NCBI GenBank assembly: GCA_048939995.1
Contig: JBHLOY010000006.1
Coordinates: 1-64,000, forward strand
Length of the DNA stretch: 64,000 nt
Direction: 5' to 3'
Origin: Promethearchaeota archaeon
Lineage (GTDB): Archaea; Asgardarchaeota; Lokiarchaeia; Sigyniarchaeales; SOKP01
Below are positions 38,311 to 48,029 of the stretch, one piece after another. The position numbers and the translations under genes are program-made. The notes under the pieces are model-generated. The model saw only the letters and a program-made list of their open reading frames with translations. It was not told the origin of the DNA and made no database searches. Numbering within the stretch: position 1 is the first letter of the stretch; every line of letters begins with the position of its first letter.

Positions 38311-39759
38311 ATGACAAGATCTTATTTACTTATGTTGAAGATAGTCAATGTAATATTATATATTTGGTTAATCTTAGTTTTCCTCACAATATTCCAATTT
38401 AATGAGGTACTTTTTACCCCAGATGGAGAATTTGCTTTATTATCATTTTTCAATAGTTTGAAAAACATTTTTACTTTTATTATTTTTGGAGGTGCTTATC
38501 TAATAGCAATAGCTTGCGCTTTTCTAGTATCTACAGCTTTTTTTTCATTTATTAATCGTGATTTCATGTTTACGTTTATCGAAGGATTTTTTAAAAACTT
38601 AATAAGCCTTTGGTTCACTTTTCCATCTGGGACTCCACCAACTATCGATCAAATTCCAAATTTAATTTTTAATGAAATTTCAATCTTTTTTGGCGATTTT
38701 TATTTAATTACTTTTCAGTTGCTATTTGTGATTTCAATATTTTACGCAATCAGGACTTTCTTTAAAACAAACCCTAAGCATGACTTATTAGCTGTAGGTG
38801 CGTTAGTCTTGATGATCGTTGTACCTCTAATTTTAACTGGATATAACAACATGATGGATTTATTCCATGCTTCAAGTAGCTATTTAGAAGACTTACCAAT
38901 ACCTTTAAGTGACTCTCTTAGCAGTATTCCATTAGAAAATTTCTTTCTTTTTCTATCAAGCCCTGTTATATTGCTTGCAATTATTTCATATATGTATATT
39001 GAATTAGCTTTTCAAATTAACTATACAGAAACAGTAACTAGACCCTCTTTAGAAAGGAGTAGCAGATTGGAAACCCAATTAAGCATCTTACGAAGTGAAT
39101 CACACTATATTATTGCTAATGTTGATAAAATCAAAGAAGAGGCCAAAAAGAGAATGGAAGAGCTAGATATGGGAGAAAAAACGACACTCAGCAAATTTTT
39201 TGCCAAAACGAGTGAAAAATTTTCTTATGTCAAAGAAATGATTGAAAAGAAAAAGCTAGAGGAAGAAGAAAAAAAATTAGTATCAGCAGCATCAAAGACA
39301 AGACGTTTAGGTAGGTATGTAGAAAGGCTTTTTCGTGAAGATTCTGAAGCTCAAGATACTTTAACAGCTAGATCATCTGCCCCAAAATCGAAAAGTTTAG
39401 CAATTTCTACTTTTATAAATATTATTATCCGTCTTGTAGTACTTATCATAATTAGCTTTATCATTATCCACCCACGATGGTTTTTAGAAGAAGTTTTTAA
39501 CTTACCACCAGCAATTACTGAAAGTGTGGCAATGTATTCACCAGAAGTTATTATTATTTTATTACTACCTATAATGTTAATCTTTCCAATAATTTCAAAA
39601 ATAGTATCCTATATAAAACACAGAAATTTGATTATTAAACTGCAACAAGAAGGAAGAATCAAAGAAATTTTAACATCTGTTGGAGATTACGTAAAAAAGG
39701 AAGAAATAAAAGAAGAAAAGGTTAAGGAAGAAGTTAAAGTAGAGGGAGCAGTGACTTAA
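38311..39759 (+). CDS. Multi-pass membrane protein with charged coiled-coil loop
   Basis: About 7-8 hydrophobic segments, large charged loop at aa ~240-360; 2 bp after DUF58 gene. Confidence 0.8.
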   Translation: MTRSYLLMLKIVNVILYIWLILVFLTIFQFNEVLFTPDGEFALLSFFNSLKNIFTFIIFGGAYLIAIACAFLVSTAFFSFINRDFMFTFIEGFFKNLISLWFTFPSGTPPTIDQIPNLIFNEISIFFGDFYLITFQLLFVISIFYAIRTFFKTNPKHDLLAVGALVLMIVVPLILTGYNNMMDLFHASSSYLEDLPIPLSDSLSSIPLENFFLFLSSPVILLAIISYMYIELAFQINYTETVTRPSLERSSRLETQLSILRSESHYIIANVDKIKEEAKKRMEELDMGEKTTLSKFFAKTSEKFSYVKEMIEKKKLEEEEKKLVSAASKTRRLGRYVERLFREDSEAQDTLTARSSAPKSKSLAISTFINIIIRLVVLIIISFIIIHPRWFLEEVFNLPPAITESVAMYSPEVIIILLLPIMLIFPIISKIVSYIKHRNLIIKLQQEGRIKEILTSVGDYVKKEEIKEEKVKEEVKVEGAVT

Positions 39760-40691
39760 TCATTTAAACTTAAAACAAATTGCGCTAAATTCTTTTTTTT
39801 ATCTAAATTTTCCATAATTGTGTTAAAACAATAAGCCTTTATACCTAAGTCTTGTATTTCAGGTTTTAAATGACAATCCTTATTATCGATTATTAAATGA
39901 CCTAAAAACTCTTGGTAATATTTTGCTACTCCTAAGCATGATATTTCTAAGTTTAGGAAGTTCATCAATTTATCTGCTGGTCCTTTAATAGGTTTTCCTT
40001 CAATAATGGGTGATATAGCAAACACTTTTTCCTTTGCTTCCTTTAATGCACTTCTGATTCCTTTAACTTGGAGAATAGTCCCTATTGAAACTACTGGATT
40101 TGATGGACAAATGATTATCTTTTTAGCCTTCTTAATATATCTTAATACCTCTTTTATTGGTTTTGCTTCTCCAATCCCTTTAAACTTCAATCCCTTAATT
40201 TCTGGTTCACAATTATACTTAATGTAATATTCCTCAAAATGTAGAGAGTTATTTTCCGTGATGATAGTTGTTTGAACATCTTCATTACACATTGGGAAGA
40301 GTTCAGCTTTTACATTTAATCTCTTACATATAATCGAAGTAATTTCTGCTTTATTAAATCCTTGCTTAAATAAATCAGTTCGAAATAAATGAGTTGCTAA
40401 GTCTTTATCTCCAAGATTAAACCATCCGTAATGATAATACTTTTTTAAGACATTTAAACAATTAAAAGTTTCATTTTTAAAACCCCATCCTTTTTGTTCA
40501 TCAATTTCACCTGCTAAAGTATAAGTTATTATGTCTATATCTGGACTAATTCTTAAACCAAACAATTCAATATCATCACCAGTATTTATTACAATTTTAA
40601 GGCTTTCCTGACTTATTACATGAGCTAATCCATCAATAAATTTTGCGGCGCCAACTCCACCAGCTAATACTACGTAACTAGTTTCTACCAT
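39756..40691 (-). CDS. cofD: 2-phospho-L-lactate transferase (F420 biosynthesis)
   Basis: LAGGVGAAKF, NTGDD, SPDID, WFNLGDKDLATH, PSNPVVSIG, KGPADKLM. Confidence 0.96.
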   Translation of the reverse strand: MVETSYVVLAGGVGAAKFIDGLAHVISQESLKIVINTGDDIELFGLRISPDIDIITYTLAGEIDEQKGWGFKNETFNCLNVLKKYYHYGWFNLGDKDLATHLFRTDLFKQGFNKAEITSIICKRLNVKAELFPMCNEDVQTTIITENNSLHFEEYYIKYNCEPEIKGLKFKGIGEAKPIKEVLRYIKKAKKIIICPSNPVVSIGTILQVKGIRSALKEAKEKVFAISPIIEGKPIKGPADKLMNFLNLEISCLGVAKYYQEFLGHLIIDNKDCHLKPEIQDLGIKAYCFNTIMENLDKKKNLAQFVLSLND

Positions 40692-42114
40692 ATTTAGATA
40701 ATTCTTTCTTTTCTAATTTATATATAACTTCATCTAAAGATATCCTTCTTGGTTTTATAGCCTTTCTTGTTGGATAACCAACGGTGAAGAATGCAAATGG
40801 ATAATAAGAATCTGGTAAATTCAATACATTCTTTACTATATTTTCAGTAAATAAGGGAGCACAATACCAACAAGCAGCCAACTTGTTTAATTCAAGACTA
40901 AGTAAAAAATATACTGCTGAGGCGCTCACGCTCTGAATTCCCATAATAAATTCATTTCGTTTACGTTCTTTATCAAAATAATTATCAAAACAATCTTTAT
41001 CCAAACATAAGAGAATAAGATAAGGAGCATTTAAGAATTGAGATCTTGTCTTTTCAATTTTTTTAATTATATAAGACTCAGATTTGCCGTCATTTAATAA
41101 ATCTATGCGTAATTTCTCATTCATTTTATTAATTAATCTTTCTCGAAGCTTATCTCTTTCTAGTATTATATAACGCCAATGTTGTCTATTATGGGCACTT
41201 GGTGCCCATCTAGCTATATCAATGCAATCTTCAATGATTTTTCTATCAACTAATTTAGAACTAAATTTTAATTTATAACTTCTTCGAGATTTTAAAATTT
41301 CGGTAAAATAAATATCTGAACTATCCACTCTGAATAAATCTGAAGCTTTTTCTCTCAAAATTAATGAGATAGAAGCCTTCTCTTTAATTTCAAATTTATA
41401 ACCTCTTATTAGTATAATAGGTAAACCTTCATCAGCTTCTCCCATAATTAATTGAGCTGCTGATGCTAAATTATCGACTTGACCTATAATTGTACTTTGT
41501 AATTCATATCCAAATAAATCTTGAGAACCTCGTTTATCTAGAATTGGATTAATACCTGAGACTCCTATTGCGACTCCTATTGCTCCATTTCTAAAAGGGC
41601 GACCGAAAGAATCGGAAATTATTATTGCTACATCCCTGCCAGTTAATCCCTTAAGGGAATCTCGAATCTTTTTAGCTTCTTTATCGGGATGTTCTGGTAA
41701 TAGGGTAACAATATTATCCCCTTTAACGTTAGATTTATCAATTCCAGCGTTTGCACAAATGAAACCATGTTTAGTTTCGACTATTAGAACATGTTCACTC
41801 CTCAAAATTGAATTTGATTCATCTAATATTACTTGAATAAGTTTTGGATCTTTAATGGGTAAATTGAATTCTTTTGCTTTAGGAAGTATTTTATCATAAA
41901 TCTGAATTGCTTTCTTGCTTGGTTTAACTTCTTTTAAATCTCTAGTTCTACCTATACTTTTTGACACTATAGTTTGTGCTATAACAAATATATCTTCATC
42001 CAGTAAGGAAATATTATTTTCAGTTAGTTTTTCTACAATTATTTTTGCAATATCATCCCCTTCTTTTATAAGAGGAATACCTTTCAACCCTATTAATTCG
42101 ACTTTATTATTCAT
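40678..42114 (-). CDS. cofE: F420-0:gamma-glutamyl ligase fused to C-terminal nitroreductase (FbiB architecture)
   Basis: Likely start MNNKVEL; IVSKSIG, CANAGIDKSN, DSFGRPFRNG; then RRSY...ARWAPSAHNRQHW...ACWYCAP nitroreductase domain. Confidence 0.92.
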   Translation of the reverse strand: MNNKVELIGLKGIPLIKEGDDIAKIIVEKLTENNISLLDEDIFVIAQTIVSKSIGRTRDLKEVKPSKKAIQIYDKILPKAKEFNLPIKDPKLIQVILDESNSILRSEHVLIVETKHGFICANAGIDKSNVKGDNIVTLLPEHPDKEAKKIRDSLKGLTGRDVAIIISDSFGRPFRNGAIGVAIGVSGINPILDKRGSQDLFGYELQSTIIGQVDNLASAAQLIMGEADEGLPIILIRGYKFEIKEKASISLILREKASDLFRVDSSDIYFTEILKSRRSYKLKFSSKLVDRKIIEDCIDIARWAPSAHNRQHWRYIILERDKLRERLINKMNEKLRIDLLNDGKSESYIIKKIEKTRSQFLNAPYLILLCLDKDCFDNYFDKERKRNEFIMGIQSVSASAVYFLLSLELNKLAACWYCAPLFTENIVKNVLNLPDSYYPFAFFTVGYPTRKAIKPRRISLDEVIYKLEKKELSKYGRN

Positions 42115-43177
42115 AATTAGAAATAAATTCAATATATTTTTTCAAATCGGAATTTTTACTTTTCGCATATTCTTCAAACTGCGTGGGAATAGCGCAACAT
42201 GCAGAATAAAATTTAAATGATACATCTGGCGATCTACCCTTTAACCATTTCAAAGTCTGAATTGAAGGAATTTCGATTCGAGTGATTCCAGCTAAAATAG
42301 AATACTTTTCAATTTGCAATTTGACTTTTCCTCTTGGTCTCATACAACCCAGGGAAATTTCCGTATTAGGGAATACAAATCTAATTATAGCAATTATCTT
42401 AGCAATATCAATCGGGTTTGGATGAAGAAATTTCTTCTTTGACTCTTTAGGAGGTATTAATGCAATTAATACGATTAATGATGGATTTATCCCTGATTCT
42501 TTAATATATTTTATAGCTTCTAATTCTTTATTTAATTTTCCGTAATATAAGCCAACACAAATATGAGGAACAATATTTAAATTATATTTCCTTAAATAAT
42601 CAACGGAATTCTTATAATCTTCAAGATTCTTATTTAAATGATATATATCTCTAACAATTTCCTCGTCCATGCTTATATCAAAAGAAACTATATCCACTTT
42701 TGATTCAGCTAACTTTTTTGCGGTACTTTCATTTAATAGTCCTGTGTGAGTATTTATTATTAAATTTGTTTTGCTTTTAATTAGTTTAATTGTGTCTAAA
42801 AACTCTAATAAAGGCACTGATCCATCCGGTTCACACCCTCCAGATATTAATGCTCCAATACCGCCATTTTTGTAATGAGTTAACAAAAAATCTTCTAAAT
42901 CCTCTTTAGAAAGTATTCCCTTCATTCCATTGAGATACTTCTTATTGCAATGTTCACATTGTAAAGCGCAATCAGAGCCAGTAATGCTAATTGCGGGAAA
43001 CTTCATATTAGGAATATATACTTTCAATTGTTTCCCAAAGTTCTTGATCTTCAAGCCATAGGCAACTTTCAGAAAAGAATCTATATCTCTTGGTTTTAAC
43101 TGGATTAACTTCGAGTATTCTGACCAAGAAGACAACCCTTCTTTAAATTTCTGTAATAACCGCTTTAATTCATTCAT
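42107..43177 (-). CDS. lipS1: Radical SAM lipoyl synthase subunit LipS1
   Basis: CALQCEHC; GCMR and C-terminal CC motifs; next to a lipoate ligase; likely start ATG 43177 overlapping the ligase stop. Confidence 0.82.
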   Translation of the reverse strand: MNELKRLLQKFKEGLSSWSEYSKLIQLKPRDIDSFLKVAYGLKIKNFGKQLKVYIPNMKFPAISITGSDCALQCEHCNKKYLNGMKGILSKEDLEDFLLTHYKNGGIGALISGGCEPDGSVPLLEFLDTIKLIKSKTNLIINTHTGLLNESTAKKLAESKVDIVSFDISMDEEIVRDIYHLNKNLEDYKNSVDYLRKYNLNIVPHICVGLYYGKLNKELEAIKYIKESGINPSLIVLIALIPPKESKKKFLHPNPIDIAKIIAIIRFVFPNTEISLGCMRPRGKVKLQIEKYSILAGITRIEIPSIQTLKWLKGRSPDVSFKFYSACCAIPTQFEEYAKSKNSDLKKYIEFISNYE

Positions 43178-43949
43178 ATTTCGCTGTCCATTTTTCATTT
43201 GAATATTTATCAATCATTAAAGACCTTGCTGTATCCATTTCATATTCAGAAAAATTACCATCTTCTAATTTGATGTATAAAGCAGACTCAAAACCTTGTT
43301 TTAATGACTGTAAAAAATTGTCTTCATCATAAATAATAAGTTGTTCTTTGATCCCTATACATTTGGAATAGACAGATCTTACCATTTTTGATTTTGATAC
43401 GTTACTGGGTGCTTTTAATACAGAATACATTAGTTCTGGATTAATTTCTAATAATATTGTACCATGTTGAAGAAGATAACCTTGCTTCCTAATTTGGGCA
43501 TTCCCTGAGAATTTTTTACCATTTAAAAATATAGCTGGACAATGTATAACTCCTTTTTCTGGCTTTAAACCATAATTGGTTAATCCTTTAATAATACCAG
43601 TTTCAATTAACTCAAATTGCTCAATTACTGTCTTAGCATTAAGATTTTCAAGAAATTTTAGGGAACATACAATTGAATATGTGATTTCGCCAGTCTCATC
43701 ATGAAAAACTGCTCCTCCTCCAGTAATTCTTCTTACAATATTAAAATCCTTCTGTTTAACTATCTGTAAATGTACCTCTGTTGAAAGACTTTGATTCCTA
43801 CCTATTGATATTGTTGATGGTTTCCATTTATAGAATCTAATTGTAAAAGGAGATATTCTATTAGTAACTGATCTTAAAATAGCTTCATCTAAAGCCATAT
43901 TCCAGTAACCATTTTCTGTCCGTAAAGGTATAAATCGCCAACTTTCCAT
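43170..43949 (-). CDS. Lipoate/octanoate-protein ligase catalytic domain (LplA/LipM family)
   Basis: NMALDEAI, SIGRNQ, VRRITGGGAVFHD, KFSGNAQ, LQHGT. Confidence 0.93.
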   Translation of the reverse strand: MESWRFIPLRTENGYWNMALDEAILRSVTNRISPFTIRFYKWKPSTISIGRNQSLSTEVHLQIVKQKDFNIVRRITGGGAVFHDETGEITYSIVCSLKFLENLNAKTVIEQFELIETGIIKGLTNYGLKPEKGVIHCPAIFLNGKKFSGNAQIRKQGYLLQHGTILLEINPELMYSVLKAPSNVSKSKMVRSVYSKCIGIKEQLIIYDEDNFLQSLKQGFESALYIKLEDGNFSEYEMDTARSLMIDKYSNEKWTAKYE

Positions 43950-43968
43950 GATTCTTCACAAAATCTTA

Positions 43969-44967
43969 TTATAGGAATTTTAAAAGTGACTGATAAATCT
44001 CTTCTTGCTCCATTATCATTAATTTCCGTGGAAAATTATACATTGGTCCTGAAGGTGTAGATGTATAATAAGGACGATTACAACCTGGACATCCAGTAGT
44101 CATGAATGCATCAGAATTTTCAATAATATTCAATAAATCATATCGATTTAAATTAAATTTGATAAGATCGCCTTTTATATTGAATGTAAAATCGCTAGCT
44201 TTTTTGATCTCATTCATTATTAAATATCTACCAAGCTGAATTTTCCTGAATCCGATAAGATCTGGTCTTAATTTATTTTGAAGCTTTGTTCCCTTAATTG
44301 GAGTGAATGCAAATAAACTAACTTTAATTTTTAAATTAAATAAATCTTGAATTAGTTCTAAAATTTGTTGTTGGGTTTCTCCTAAACCTATTATCAAATG
44401 AGTAGTAACTTGACCCTCCGAGAAAATCTCTAATGCCCCTTTTAAACTTTGAAGGTGCTTATTCCAATTATAGGGACCGCTCACCCCTTTTCCCTTTATC
44501 GCTTCAAAGATCTCTTCAGTTGACCCATCTAATGCGATTCCTATTCTATCAACACCAATCAATTTCAATTCTTTTAATCTACTCTTCTCCATTGGTGGTA
44601 TAGCTGTAGAAATGGGTATATTTGAATTTGTTCTAATTTGTGATATAATCTCAACTAAATCACTAAAATTTTGTTTATAATTTAATGTTTGTATACATAT
44701 TCTCTTAAATCTTTTAGGAGGAGGCATATAATTTAATTTTGTCAAAAATTCCTTAAATTCAAATATAGGCCATGTAATTCGAGATAAAAACTCAGTAGAT
44801 CCTTCAGAATCTCTAGCTTGAGGACAAAATCCACAATTTGCGACACAATGCCCTTCAATATAGGTCATACAATAGCATGTAGTTGGAATTTCTTCATAGC
44901 CTTTATTCTTAATTAATCCCAATACTGCTGCACTCCCTATAGAAACTCTGATTTTTTCAACAGTCAT
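43969..44967 (-). CDS. lipS2: Radical SAM lipoyl synthase subunit LipS2
   Basis: CVANCGFCPQAR and C-terminal TTGCPGCNRP (TxGCPxCNRP signature). Confidence 0.85.
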   Translation of the reverse strand: MTVEKIRVSIGSAAVLGLIKNKGYEEIPTTCYCMTYIEGHCVANCGFCPQARDSEGSTEFLSRITWPIFEFKEFLTKLNYMPPPKRFKRICIQTLNYKQNFSDLVEIISQIRTNSNIPISTAIPPMEKSRLKELKLIGVDRIGIALDGSTEEIFEAIKGKGVSGPYNWNKHLQSLKGALEIFSEGQVTTHLIIGLGETQQQILELIQDLFNLKIKVSLFAFTPIKGTKLQNKLRPDLIGFRKIQLGRYLIMNEIKKASDFTFNIKGDLIKFNLNRYDLLNIIENSDAFMTTGCPGCNRPYYTSTPSGPMYNFPRKLMIMEQEEIYQSLLKFL

Positions 44968-45102
44968 TATGCTTTCTTAGGTTTTTAATTAAGTTAAGTT
45001 TTATCCAATTAATTTAATTTCTATTTCAAAAAAAATTTATTGAATTAATTATTCAAAATAATATTTAATTGAAGAATTTTGTATTGATTAGGTCTTAATT
45101 GT

Positions 45103-47889
45103 ATGGTTGAATACGATCCTCACAAAATCGAGAAAAAATGGCAACAGAAATGGGAAAACAGTAAAATTTTTGAAGTTACGGAGAATCTAGCAAAAAAAGA
45201 ATCTAAATACTATGTTCTTGAAATGTATCCGTATCCTTCTTCAGAATTACACATGGGCCATCTCCGAAATTATTCAATTGGAGATTCATTTGCACGGTAT
45301 AAAAGAATGTGTGGATTCAATATATTATATCCTATGGGATATGATTCTTTTGGGCTACCTGCTGAAAATGCTGCGATTGAACATGGACTTGATCCAAGAA
45401 AATGGACAGATTCTAATATCAAAGCAATTCAAAAACAGCAAAAACGCATCGGGCTTTCATATGATTGGACACGAATGATATTTAGTCATGATCCTAATTA
45501 CTATAAATGGGATCAATGGTTCTTTTTGAAAATGCTTGAAAAAGGGTTGGCTTATAGAGAAAATTCATATGTAAATTGGTGTCCAGATTGTGCAACAGTT
45601 CTTGCAAACGAACAAGTTCAAGCTGGTAAATGCTGGAGATGTGATACAGAAGTCGAGCAAAAATTTCTAACTCAATGGTTTTTAAAAATAAGAGAATATG
45701 CCGAAGAACTTCTTGATGGATTAAAAATTGTTGATTGGCCTGAAAAAGTAAAGATAATGCAGAGCAACTGGATAGGAAAATCAGAAGGTTCAATCATTAA
45801 ATTTAGAATTGAAGGAGAGGATCGTACAATTGATATTTTTACAACAAGAGCGGACACTTTATATGGAGTAACTTTTATGGTTTTTGCTCCTGAACATCCT
45901 TGGGTTAGAGAATGGGTAGATAACTCTGAATATAAAAATAAATTTGAAATTTTCTATTCAGAAGTAATGAAACAAAACAAGTTTGAAAGAACTAATATAG
46001 ATATTGAAAAGAAAGGGATGTTTATCGGAAAGTATGCTATAAATCCAATAAATAAAGAAAAAGTCCCTATTTATATAGGAAATTTTGTCATATACGAATA
46101 TGGCGCTGGAGCAGTAATGGCCGTTCCTGCCCACGATCAACGAGACTTCGAGTTTGCTAAAGCATTTAATATCCCAATTAAAGTTGTGATTCAACCCTAT
46201 GATTATGAATTAAATTCTGAAAAAATAACTAGAGCTTATGAAAGTGATGGGATTTTAACTAACTCAGATGAGTTTAATGGAATAGAAAATAAAAGTGCTA
46301 TTAATTCAATTACTAAAAAGTTAGAAGAGAAGGGAATGGGATTTAAAACCATAAACTTTAAATTAAGAGATTGGCTAATTTCACGTCAGAGGTATTGGGG
46401 GTGCCCAATCCCCATTATATATTGCAGTGACTGCGGAATTGTTCCCGTTCCTTATGATGATTTGCCCGTAGAATTACCAACGGATGTTAAATTTACTGGC
46501 AAGGGAAATCCACTAAAAACAAGTAAAAGTTTCATAAATGTAATTTGCCCAGAATGTGGGAAAGATGCTAAACGAGAAACCGATACAATGGACACATTCA
46601 TAGATAGTTCTTGGTATTTCTTTAGATATTGTGATCCAAAGTCTAAAGAAATACCATATAGAAAAGAAATTGTAGATTACTGGGGAAATGTTGATCAGTA
46701 TATCGGTGGGATTGAACATGCTGTTATGCACTTATTATATGCTAGATTTTTTACGAAAGTTGCTCGAGATTTAAATTTACATTCTCATGATGAGCCATTC
46801 CAAAAATTATTAACACAGGGTATGATAAATAAAGCTCATCCCTACTGTCAGACGTGTAATACATTCGCAATGAAATCAGATATGAAAAATAAGGAATGTA
46901 AACGCTGTGGTAGTAAATATATATTAAAAAGTGTAAAAATGAGTAAAAGTCTTGGTAATACTGTTGATCCAATTACTATAATGGATCAATATGGCGCTGA
47001 TGCCGCAAGATTTTTTATCCTTTTTGGCGCAAGTCCAAAATCAGGACTAGAATGGTCTGACGAAGGTGTTAATTTTGCGTTTAAGTTTATAACGAATTTT
47101 TTCATGTTGATGTGCGAAAAAAATGGTAAATTTAGAAATGAAATTACAATCAAGGATAATCTAGTTGACTATTACTTGAATAAGACTATCAAAAATGTTA
47201 CTGAAAGTCTAGAAGTGATTGATATAAGAAAGGCACTTAATGAGATTATACAATCTACATCAGAATTAACTAAATACAAAGTTGAAAGAGTGAATGAAAA
47301 AATTTTCACTACATGTAAGAAAAATTTAGTTCAATTGTTACATCCATTTATACCACATGTAACTGAAGAAATATGGCAGATTTTAGGAAATAATGATTTT
47401 TTAAGCCTTACTCAATGGCCATCTTATAAAGAAGAAGTTTTAACACTTGAAAATGAATACAAATGGAAGCTTTTAGATAATACCATCAATTCAATAAATC
47501 AGATTTTGCAAATAGTCAAGAAGAGAGATATTAAGAGTTTAATTATAATTATTGCAGCCGAATGGAAATATCGATTTGTCTCAGATTTATTAGATTTAAT
47601 TGAAAATCTAGAAGATCCTAAAATAATAATAAAAGAGCTACTAAAAAATGAAAAATATAAAGAACACACAAAAGTCATTCCTCAAATAGTAGGGAAAATA
47701 TTGAAAAAACGCGGTAAATTTGTAAAGTCCCCATTATCTTTTAATGAAGAATATCAATTTTTTATAAATTTGAAACAAATACTGGAAAAAAAATATTCTT
47801 GTACTATTAAGATCACCTCTGAATTAAAATCTCTCGAACAAAAAGCAACACAAGCTTTACCTGGAAGACCTGCTATTATCTTAAAATAA
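45103..47889 (+). CDS. leuS: Leucyl-tRNA synthetase, bacterial-type core with archaeal-type C-terminal domain
   Basis: MYPYPS..LHMGH, GLPAENAA, TVLANEQV, RDWLISRQRYWG, RETDTMDTF, YIGGIEHA, KMSKS; ends ALPGRPAII. Confidence 0.97.
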   Translation: MVEYDPHKIEKKWQQKWENSKIFEVTENLAKKESKYYVLEMYPYPSSELHMGHLRNYSIGDSFARYKRMCGFNILYPMGYDSFGLPAENAAIEHGLDPRKWTDSNIKAIQKQQKRIGLSYDWTRMIFSHDPNYYKWDQWFFLKMLEKGLAYRENSYVNWCPDCATVLANEQVQAGKCWRCDTEVEQKFLTQWFLKIREYAEELLDGLKIVDWPEKVKIMQSNWIGKSEGSIIKFRIEGEDRTIDIFTTRADTLYGVTFMVFAPEHPWVREWVDNSEYKNKFEIFYSEVMKQNKFERTNIDIEKKGMFIGKYAINPINKEKVPIYIGNFVIYEYGAGAVMAVPAHDQRDFEFAKAFNIPIKVVIQPYDYELNSEKITRAYESDGILTNSDEFNGIENKSAINSITKKLEEKGMGFKTINFKLRDWLISRQRYWGCPIPIIYCSDCGIVPVPYDDLPVELPTDVKFTGKGNPLKTSKSFINVICPECGKDAKRETDTMDTFIDSSWYFFRYCDPKSKEIPYRKEIVDYWGNVDQYIGGIEHAVMHLLYARFFTKVARDLNLHSHDEPFQKLLTQGMINKAHPYCQTCNTFAMKSDMKNKECKRCGSKYILKSVKMSKSLGNTVDPITIMDQYGADAARFFILFGASPKSGLEWSDEGVNFAFKFITNFFMLMCEKNGKFRNEITIKDNLVDYYLNKTIKNVTESLEVIDIRKALNEIIQSTSELTKYKVERVNEKIFTTCKKNLVQLLHPFIPHVTEEIWQILGNNDFLSLTQWPSYKEEVLTLENEYKWKLLDNTINSINQILQIVKKRDIKSLIIIIAAEWKYRFVSDLLDLIENLEDPKIIIKELLKNEKYKEHTKVIPQIVGKILKKRGKFVKSPLSFNEEYQFFINLKQILEKKYSCTIKITSELKSLEQKATQALPGRPAIILK

Positions 47890-48029
47890 TTTTTTGAAAT
47901 TTCTTTTTTTTGTCACATTTATATTAACTCAATTAATTTAAATATTTTAAGTTAAATCATTATTATAAGCTATTATAAATTGATAATCTAAAAATTTTTG
48001 AATAAATATTACAGTTAAGATCTAAAATC

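Noticed and set aside
42107-44967. Radical SAM genes as biotin synthase or as the GRE activase
   Set aside because: GCMR/CC and TxGCPxCNRP signatures plus the intervening lipoate ligase fit LipS1/LipS2
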